This document shows, one piece after another, positions 27,689 to 37,800 of a stretch of DNA of 49,061 bases. The stretch lies in contig LWCA01000130.1 of NCBI GenBank assembly GCA_001642005.1, positions 1-49,061 on the forward strand. Reading direction: 5' to 3'. Source of the DNA: Intoshia linei (Eukaryota; Animalia; Orthonectida). The notes beneath the pieces were generated by a model. It was not told the DNA's origin, made no database searches, and saw only the letters and a program-made list of their open reading frames with translations. Within the stretch, counting starts at the first letter, position 1, and every line of letters starts with the position of its first letter. The position numbers and the translations under genes were made by a program.

Positions 27689-29497
27689 ATGATGAAATCC
27701 AATTCTAAACAAAAATCTCCTAAAAAATTTTCATTACAAACAAGCAATAGCATATCTCCAAATCCTTCATTCAATGATGCAACCCAAGCACCTTTGATCG
27801 ACGATATTGAATCACAAAGAGATTACAACCACGATACAACTGAAAATAATATTGAGTCTACTGATGCAGTGTCTATATCTAAAGAATATTTGACTAATTT
27901 TCTTAAAAATGATCCTTTGTTATCAGGTAAATATTTGTCAACAGAAAATATTAAAATTACACCATATTCATTAAACACTTTTAAATCGAAACCCCGGCAC
28001 TCCTGGGAAATCCATAGTCTGAGCGACGTGGACAGATTTAATCTGATGATGCAGAGCTTATGCTCCAATGAAACGGAAAGAATATATTTTATTTTCGGAG
28101 AGTTGTCACGCATCTCAATTGAGATTGTATGTAGTTACCACAATCTGTCTGGTACTAATTTAACAAGTTCAGATATTATAGATATTTTACGTAAACATTT
28201 TATCAATAAAAATAATCGGGGCCAAGAACGGTATAACTTTATGAACATGCGTCAAACTGATGACGACCGTGTGCAAGATTATTATGTCAAGTTACGCACA
28301 GCCGCAAATGGGTGTGAGTGGGGTGAAATCGAAGAATCATTAATTGTTGATGCTTTACTTAATACCACGAAATGTAGCTCTAAAATACCTATCGATATAT
28401 ACAACTCCAGAAAAATATCTGCAGATGAAGTTTTAGAAACATTGTCATCTCTTGAAAATAGAGAAACACCGATTGCATTGCCAAAGAGTCCCATAAATGA
28501 ATGTCCCACCAAGCCAAACTTGTCCGATCTCAACAAAAACCCTATTATAAACTCTCCTTTTTCCAGTGGCTTTGAAGTGCTATATCTATCACCCGGTTTG
28601 ATTGATAAACAGTTAAAATTACAAATTAGTATAGACAGACAATTTGCTAGTAATTCCGACTCTACGTTCGTACAGAAAGTTCCTGCCGGTATGAGTTATA
28701 GTGAATTTGTGGAACGAGAGTATATTGACGGCGGAAATGAAAAATATACTCAAAATCCTTTATTTAAACTTATTAAATTTTTGGCTCAATGTGACAATTG
28801 TTTTTGGGCAAATAGTCTATCTCAACAATATCTACCACGTATTCCAGTTAAATTTGATGAATTGGTAGAAAAATTTAAAGCCATCAATCCTCAAATATTT
28901 ATTAATTTTGATGAAAAAGATCAGCCGTCAGAAGAACTTTGTCAAGTTTGCCGCTACATTCACATGTCCATCCTTAGTAATTGTTAATATTTTATTTTTT
29001 AACATTAAAATAGTGAAACTACAGCTTCGCCATAAAGAGGCCGGATCAAATAACTTCACAGTTCAAAATGCGGCAGATGTATTATTGCTGTAATTTTTTA
29101 ATTAATGAAAAATTTAGAATGTCTCCGGTTTAAAACGGTACAACACTGAACAAATTATCTATACTCCAGATTCAAAAAAGAAAAGATTTCTTACTCGAGA
29201 TGTTTACTTGTCTATATAGTTTATATTTAAATTTAGGCTACAACTATAATGATGAAGTGGTTGAGAGAGCACAGAAATAATCCATATCCTAATGAGTACG
29301 AAAAAGAACAACTTTTACGTCAAACAGGAATTAAGAAATCACAACTAAATTATTGGTTCGTCAATGCTCGTAGAAGAATCATGAAATCCTGGTCATCTAA
29401 TGATTCAGAAAAAATAATTGAAAATGACTCTCCTCCAAAACCTACCAACACCTCATCCCCTAATTTAAAAAAAGAAACCGAACCCATTAAAACGTAA
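27689..29497 (+). CDS. TALE-class homeodomain protein with an N-terminal retrotransposon Gag-like domain and a MEIS/PADRE-like domain (567 aa, 4 exons)
   Basis: Exons 27689-28982, 29014-29078, 29118-29201 and 29237-29497 (GT-AG introns of 31, 39 and 35 nt) sum to 1704 nt in frame. TALE homeodomain KKKRFLTRDATTIMMKWLREHRNNPYPNEYEKEQLLRQTGIKKSQLNYWFVNARRRI. Gag-like segment at about aa 100-257; NPLFKLIKFLAQCD at about aa 356. Confidence 0.85.
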
Positions 29498-29528
29498 CTG
29501 TTTATATACATTAAAAATACAAATATTG

Positions 29529-30536
29529 TTAACATTTAAGCCAAGGGTGATTTTTAATAGCATTTTTTGATCTATCTCCATAATCATACATAATTTCTTC
29601 ACCTATGTCTATGTGCTTGAAACTTACAAAGTACAATCTCGGTTTTCCTTCTACTGTAATCGTTTTTGATACTACATTTTTTTTTTTTGCAGAGTGGTTG
29701 ATCAATCTACCCAATCTTTGTGACTCTTTAGTTGCATCTATGCTAACAAATATATATACAAATAAATATAAAAATACCAATATGATTTTCCACTATACTT
29801 AAAATAGTACATGTAACATCCAAATGAATCGCATTTAACATAATCGGATTCTCTCTTTTTTGCTTCTTTGACAGTTACAAGTTCTCCAGCATATTCTACT
29901 ATAAAATCTCCACGATTAAATACAACTTTAGAAACAATTCCTCTTCCTTTATTGTCAAAATGTTCAACCTAAAAAACATTGAATTGTACTTACAGTGATA
30001 CCTTTAGATTTTGTTCATCGTTCCCATCCTTTATATTTTGATATAAAATTAATTGTTTTTGTTCCTTTCATAATGAATGTAAATTAATAGATTTTATACC
30101 TGAATACTCTTTTCGGTTTTTCTGTTACTTCTCCTCACATAAAAAAAAGAAGATATTGAATTACGTTTCATATCATCCTTGTTCCCATTTTTTTTACTTT
30201 GCTTCGAAATTTTTTTCTTTTTATCAATTATGCTGTTAATTTCGACAGATGTTTCATTATCGCATAATGTCTTGTCTTTTTCATCTTGGATTTTTATTTC
30301 GGTTGTATTTATACTATTTTCAATGCTGTTGGTTAAAGTGATAACTGATAAAGCATCAGAAGCAGAGTTAGAAATTGACTTTTTACTATTACAATCATTG
30401 ATTAAACTTGCACCATCATTTAAGTTTTTATTTTTCGTTTGTTTCGCTAAAAATAAAAATAATTTTCATTTAAATTTTTACCTGATTTTTTGTTGCATTT
30501 TGGTGAAAAATAGTTTGTAATTGTTTTTAGTTTCAT
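29529..30536 (-). CDS. KMT5A: Histone H4K20 methyltransferase PR-Set7/SET8
   Basis: KGRGIVS...FNRGDFIVEYAGEL, GCYMYYF, IDATKESQRLGRLINHS, EIMYDYGDRSKNAIKNHPWLK. Degron-like SSFFYVRRSNRK. Probable start MKLKTITNYFSPK at 30536. Confidence 0.92.
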
Positions 30537-31157
30537 AGTTCAAATTTAATTAGGAATAACGTTTAGCGCCATAAATATTATCTTCATTAGGTAACTAATG
30601 AATAAATATATGTTTATTTAGTTATGGATTTACATTTTTGCCATATGCAAATCTAAATGTAAACAATACTAATAATACGACTGGTTCGTATTAACATCAT
30701 ATTTTTAAATCTTAACTTCGAAGCTTTGAAAGTAAAGTACTATAGTTATTAATATTTTTGCATTATAATATACCTATTGTAATTGTATAATAAAAATTAT
30801 ACAGATTTTCTAGCGTCCGATGTTATATTATAAAAAAAATCTAAATATGCATCATACTGATGTGGAAACTTATTTTTATAAAGTTATAAAATATATGAGA
30901 TCAAAACCCGTAGTCAATTTTAAATGTCTATAATTCTGATGTAATTTAATGTTTGATGAGTCACAAAATATGGATTCCAATTATCAGGAATTGTGTGTAG
31001 TATGTTGCTAAAATATACATGAAAATTTAAAACAATCACAAATTATGATTTCTCATTTCATTTTGTATAACCGTGGAAAACAAAATAACAGTAAATTTAC
31101 CGAAATGTCTTTGTTACTAAGAATATATAAACATTTTGTTGTATAATTAATTCAGCA

Positions 31158-33032
31158 ATGGATGTTACCAACCGCCCCTTTAAAATATCAAAGGAATTTT
31201 TGAAATATGCAGAGGAAAACAATCTATTTGATTTATTCACAGTATAAAATATTTAACTATTATCATGAATTTTAGGATTTATTTCAAAAAATCATAATAG
31301 ATAAACCGCTTGACCCTTTGTTATATATACAAGAATACATGAAAGATGATTTGAAATTGAATAGTAACGTATAAACTACATTTTACAAATCTTTGTAGTT
31401 CCAAAAATATGCATAATAGGACCACCTGCTTCTGGGAAGTGTACAGTATCAAACTTATTATCCTTTCAGTTATCTGCCATCCACATAGATAGAACTGAAA
31501 TATTAAACAATGCATCCACAGATTTTATGAAAGAAATTAACGAATATGATGCGTGGGTATAACAATTAATTATAATTAATCACATTGATATTAGGATATC
31601 CCCATCGATTTGTGGGTGCGTCTTCTTTCAGATCGTCTCAAATATAGTGATTGTGTCAATAATGGTTATGTCTTGGAAAATATACCTTCATCCTTAGAGG
31701 AATGCTTGTTAATACAAGAAAGTGGAATTATAATAAACAATTGCAGTAGATTTTATATTTTTAAATCTATATTTTGATTTTAGTTGTTTTAAATACCGAA
31801 GATAGTGTTCTGGTCGAAAGATCCATAGGAAAACGAGTCGACCCTATTACAAATGGTTAATTTGTTAAAATTCGTAGATAAATTATATTAGATATTTATC
31901 ATTTAACGTTTGACCCTCCTCGTACTATGGATGTAGCGCGTCGTTTGATACAACCAGAAAATAATGGAATTGAGAGAATCAAGGAAAGATTAGAAGAATA
32001 CAGAAAACTAGAAAAAAAATTAAAAAAATATTATAAACATATTATGAGTGAATTTAATGTAGATATGCCAAAAGAAGATATTTTTACAAAAGGTAAAAAC
32101 ATTTTGAAAATATAATTCGAATACATGATTAGTTTTAATCCACATACACACATTTAAAAAGAATATTTCTCCATTGAAACCGAGAATATTAGTTTTGGGA
32201 CCAATAGGATCTGGTAAAAAATATCAATGTGAATTATTGGCCAACAAATATGGATTTGTCAATTGTAAATATTTAAAAAATGTATTTAATGTCTAAATCA
32301 TAAATTATTTTATGTTTTTACTTTCAGATCCAATTTTTTTATGTATGTTCTAAATTATAATTATTAGTGTCCAGTGGTACATTGATAAAGGAGGAAATGT
32401 GTAAAAGAAGTGATATTGGGATAGCTTGTCAAAATTATGTAGACAATAACAAACAGAGTAATTTTAATATTTACGGGGGAATATACATAATCTACATGTT
32501 TAGTTCCCGATGTCCTCGTCAACAAAATAATGGACGAACGGTTGAGTCGAAATGATTGTATTTATAAAGGATGGGTTTTACGTGGATTTCCTAGAAATAT
32601 TGATCAAGCATTAATGCTTACGGAGAAAGGATTCAATCCGACTAGGTTTAAGCCAAAGCGCATTAAAAAATCAATAATTTAGAGTGTTTATGTTTGACAT
32701 CAGTAAAGAAAGTATATTGGAAAGATTAACATTAAAGCGAATAGATCCCTTGACAGGTAACATTAAAAATATTATTACAGTATATTTTAGGAAACAAATA
32801 TCATTTGCTTTTTAATCCACCATTGGACGAACTAGTAAATGACCGATTATTAACTCACTTATGCGACTCAAGCGAATACATATTCATGAAAATTGATAAA
32901 TATTTAAATTATATTGAAGTTTTGAAAGATTTGTACAAAAATATAATTCAACAAATAAATGCAGATCAACCAGCAAATACTATTTTTGAATTGTTAGAAA
33001 GTTGGATCATAAAGGCTATTATAAAGGATTAA
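31158..33032 (+). CDS. AK8: Adenylate kinase 8 (two AK domains, many short introns)
   Basis: N-terminus MDVTNRPFKISKEFLKYAEENNLFDLF. Two P-loops (IIGPPASGK, LGPIGSGK), KRVDPIT...YHLTFDPP, KGWVLRGFPRNIDQA, and INADQPANTIFELLESWII. Confidence 0.88.
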
Positions 33033-33276
33033 GGGAACAGTCTATTAAAATTAATTAATACATTTCAACAACAAATAAATGTTATTTATATTTTTTGTTT
33101 GTATAATTCAAAGACCATTATACTAATACATTGTTAATGATTTATCGAGTATGATAAGAGTAACCATTTTGAGAATATCGTATATATACAATAGTAAACT
33201 AGTTGAAATAGAATAATTACCACTTGTTAATGGTCACACAATATTTTAAAGAAAACCTGGTAAAAATAATAATTAA

Positions 33277-33939
33277 ATGAAAAATAAAGAAATGTACATA
33301 ACCCAGCCTAATATGTTTATACCTAGTAAGTTTATTATTCATAACAAGGCTCAATCAAATCGTATTTATAACATATACGCTGATATTCTCAGAAAAAACC
33401 ATAAAACATTGACAACTTTTGTGGATGCTTCTTCACAACCACAAAAAAATGGTAGAGTAAATATACGAAAAATAATAAAAGATAAATTTTTGTCAATATG
33501 TAAGAAAACGCTAGATCGAAAATCGCTTTTCAAAATTATGTTAATGTTAAATAAAGAATTATCTAAAAAAAATGTAAAATCAATATATGGAAAATCAAGG
33601 AACAGGCTTCGAAAAAAGAAAAATAAACGTAAAAAAATCATAGAACGAATACGAAAAATAAAGACGGCATATCTACAAAAAAAAACAACAGGAAATAATA
33701 AAGAGCAAAAAAAAAGAATACATCAAACTTGTAATTTATTTCCAATTTATGAATTATTAATTTTATTAATTTATCTAATATTAGATTTTAACAATTGTTT
33801 AAAGTTTAATAATGGAAATAAAAAAAGATTTAAAAAACTTTATCTTATTCTAAAGCTCATCAGAATATTCAATAATATTTGTGTGAATAGGTCCATAAGA
33901 CCTATCTATATAAAGGTTATACATTTACAATTCACTTAA
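33277..33939 (+). CDS. Possible lysine-rich uncharacterised protein
   Basis: 220-aa ORF, probably containing unspliced short introns. No recognised domain; composition could reflect AT bias. Confidence 0.3.
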   Translation: MKNKEMYITQPNMFIPSKFIIHNKAQSNRIYNIYADILRKNHKTLTTFVDASSQPQKNGRVNIRKIIKDKFLSICKKTLDRKSLFKIMLMLNKELSKKNVKSIYGKSRNRLRKKKNKRKKIIERIRKIKTAYLQKKTTGNNKEQKKRIHQTCNLFPIYELLILLIYLILDFNNCLKFNNGNKKRFKKLYLILKLIRIFNNICVNRSIRPIYIKVIHLQFT

Positions 33940-34089
33940 TATCATTGTCCTTATCTTAAATAAACACGAATCTCAATAAATCTGTCCAACAAAATGACAT
34001 TTTTTTCCTTTTTGAAAATATTAATTAAGAATGTCGACCTATAAACAAATTTTCATAAAAATTGTTTTCATTCCACTTAAATTAAACTA

Positions 34090-34558
34090 CAGTAAACTAT
34101 GCGTTATAAGAACAAAATAAAACAGTTGTAACGAATGTTATTGTAGCAAATTGAATATTCTACTTTTTACATTTTAACAGTCATTTTAAAACAGTTTTTA
34201 ATTGTATTTTCCTTTAATATACTCTTACATTGCGATATTGTTTGAATTGCTTCGTGTAGATTAACACTGCAATGATTAATATCAAATGTTTCATTTTCCA
34301 TATTCTTTTCTTCCATTTGAATCAATAAACGTTTGACTAAGCATTTCTGATATTTCTGTTCAAATTAATACATTTTATAATGCCAGCATCCAAGGGTTGG
34401 GTTTTATGTGTAGTATTTTTAGAAAAATAAATTAATTTAACATTAGTTAAAACTTGCTGTGAAACTGTGTACGTACTATGGAAATCAAAATTTATTACTA
34501 AGCTGTTATTATAACAAGTCTTATTATAACGAGTGTTTTTATAAAGCATAGTTTACTG
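34090..34558 (-). mobile_element. Internally deleted Tigger/pogo element
   Basis: TIRs cagtaaactatgc(g/t)ttataa(g/a)aaca at both ends with TA TSDs (34088-89, 34559-60). Retains the DDE fragment LTNVKLIYFSKNTTHKTQPLDAGIIKC on the minus strand. Confidence 0.88.
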
Positions 34559-34813
34559 TATATAATTAAATTAACCCAATATGTCAACTTGAAACGCTCT
34601 GTTTTTGTAAATATTAACAATAAAATTAGAAAATTTTGTAAATTGGATTATCGTCATCATATCATATTTAATATCATCAAAATAATTTATTTCATGTATA
34701 TCAATAGATTTAAATAAAAAATTAAATTTCGATTGTAAATCAAATTAATTATTATTTTTACAAACTTTTTCTTTGGATTTTTGTATATGCTGTTTAATTA
34801 TATTATATAGAAC

Positions 34814-37800
34814 ATGGATAAAAAACCATCTAATTTGTTTGGAGATGTATTTAGAATACAAGTACCTGAAACCCCAAAAGTAAATTCTGATAAACTCGAA
34901 ATATTCAATAGAAACCATGATGAAAGTAATTTAAATCATTACTCATATAATAATAAATTATAGATTTAATAGAAAAGTTAAAATTACTTTATTTGGTAAT
35001 AAATAATTTAATATACATTATTTATATATATTTATAGAGCAAAACATATGGAAATGCAGCCTCTACATTTTTGAAGTCAAAATCCAATTTTAAAAATTCA
35101 AGCGTAGATACATCACTATTTCAGTGTACTAAAAGATTGGGTGGACGAAAGAATGCTTTCTATCCACAATTGGATATGTATTCAAACCTATTCAATTCTT
35201 CCGCCAGTCCGGGTTTTGAGGGTAAAAATAAATTCGCAGAAGATAGTATTATATGCGATACTCTATCTTATAATGAAAGTTTACTAAACGGTTGCTTGTC
35301 TCCAATCGGATCAGAAGCTGATTCTGTTGCAGTTAAATCGCCTGTAAAAAAATCTATAGAAAACGAATCTTTCAGTAGTATTAATAGCAATGAGGACGTA
35401 AAAGTAAATAAAACATTACCCCTGCGAATTTCGGTTACTTCCGAACCAGATACTGGTAATATAACAAACACTATATATAGAGAGGAAAGTAGACCTAAAA
35501 GAAGATTAACAACATCGAAACAGCCAAATCTAATATTTTCGCATAATGATGTGGTGACGAAAAAGTCTATTGTAAAAAAATACATTGATTTGCCAATTAG
35601 AAAGTTCTCATTAAATAGAATTCCTGCTGAAATAATAAACAATAGATTCACGTTTAATAAAGACAGAGTAGCTTCATATGGAAATAGTGGCAATAAGGAA
35701 ATTATTTCGCGTTCCCCTTCTGTGTGTTTAGAAGGGGAAAAGGCTACTGTTAAAATTACACCAATAGAAAATTCCTCAAAGCCACAATATATACATTTAA
35801 ATAAATTAAAACAGCATTATCAAAAAATTCAATCAGACAAGTTAAGCTCCAGGATGTATTACCAAAATTTTAGTTCTGAAACGAATCACAATTCAATATA
35901 TACTATTAGTAGACACGTTAGTTTAGATTCAACTTTTCCAACAGCTAGAAAGGTTAAAATTGATGTTAAAATTCCTAATGAGAAAAACAATAATTTAATT
36001 CGAATATTGTAATTTTTTTTATATATATTTTTATTTTATTTTAGTTACCAACCCAAATCAAGCTCCATGGAAAAAGTATCTCAGCAGGTCAAAATATTTT
36101 AATAATTATTATATAAATATTAACTCTGACTGAAATGTAATAATAGTCAGTTTCGTCGTAGGAGTTAGCATTTACTTCATGAAAAGTTTACTTAAGATTA
36201 GCGTTCTCACTCATTTTAGACAAGCCCAACCCTATATTAGTATATATGAAAACCTACAATTTTATAAACGTACTAATAATAATACTAATATTAACAAACC
36301 TCTTCAATTAAAATAAATTAAATTAATAATATAAATAATTAATATATTATAATATTAATTTTATATACTGTGAAAAATAAGTATTTAACACGATTTCGAA
36401 GATTGGAAGTGTCATTTACACAAATATTTACCAACGTTTCGAATCTTGCACTTCAAACGCGGCGGCGGATCTAGAATTTTTAGCCAGGTGGACAAACTCA
36501 TATTAATTATAATTTAATTTATATTTTTTTCTAGTTTTCATTCTACTTAATTTTTCAACAACAAAATCGAATATTTCGGTAAGTTTTCCTTCGATTAACA
36601 ACAACATTCAGTTCGATAATTTAACTTAAATTGCTGTTAGTAGAATAACAAATAATACATATATTATGATCATTATATACATAAAACGTTAAGAATGATA
36701 ACAACCACAAATCAATAAGCCAAATATGATGGCGTATTATAATTTTTTTTCAATTTTACACTGTTAATACATAAATTAAAGTATTTTAGGATACATTTGT
36801 TACGCCAGGGAGCGCCCTGCACCCCATCTAGATCCGCTACTGGTCAAAAGGTAAAATATTTTGACGGACAGTAAAAACTAGCTATTTTAAATTAAAGTGT
36901 AAATCAGCTGTGATTATTTCTTATTTGAAATAAGCCACTCGGTGTGGGTATCAAGTATAAAACTGTTAAAATAAAAACGATTTTAAAAATATTGTTTGGA
37001 TGATTTCTAATATAATAAGTGTATAAATTATAATGTGTTTAAGTGATATAATAATAAAGATCTTAAATTAAGCTGAAAGAATGTACACAAAGTTAAACCA
37101 GTTAAAAATTATTGATCTAGGTCAGTGATGGCAGCCAACTAAAACTAGGTGTGGTTCATTTAATACTATTTTCAGAAATTTTTTTTAGTGTGTTTTTATT
37201 AAAAAAATAATTTTTACATTTATTTAGATTTAAAAAATTGATTCTATCATGAATTTTTTCAATTTAGGGAAATATTTGTAATCTTTATTTTTTATATCAT
37301 GATAAAATATTGATAGTTTATAGTCAAATGCCTTAATAATACTAAACATTACAACAATTAAACAACAATTCTTCCCGTACCCTTGAAATTTAAGGTTAAG
37401 TTCATTTAAATGCAAGGAAAGCTCAGTAAAAAACATAAGACTAACAATCCAATCGTTATTATCTAATTGAGAGTTATCTTTATATCTTAAAAATGTTTTA
37501 ATTTCTGATAAGCATTTCACAAAGCGCTCAAGAACTTTACCTCTACTGAACCTTTGATATTGATGTACATAAGCAGTCCATTACAACTTGATTTTACTTC
37601 CTTTAACATCAAAGTGAATTTTCTTTTGTGTAAGGCGCGTGCTTGGATGTAATTAATGATTTTCGTTACAGTGATAACAACCATATTTAAGTGACCAGAG
37701 CTGTTTTAGAGCAGAGTACTTCTTGGTGTATAATGCAATGAAATCCAACCAGAGGATGACCCACGAAATTTGAAAAATTGGCCATAAATCTTTGAATTTT

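Noticed and set aside
27689-28987. Active LTR retrotransposon
   Set aside because: Only a capsid-like segment is present; no LTRs, pol or zinc knuckle were seen, and the ORF splices into a homeobox.
27823-35693. Hydrophobic antisense ORFs (27823, 28282, 29350, 29605, 30179, 33366, 35268)
   Set aside because: Reverse-complement shadows of K/N/S-rich coding sequence.
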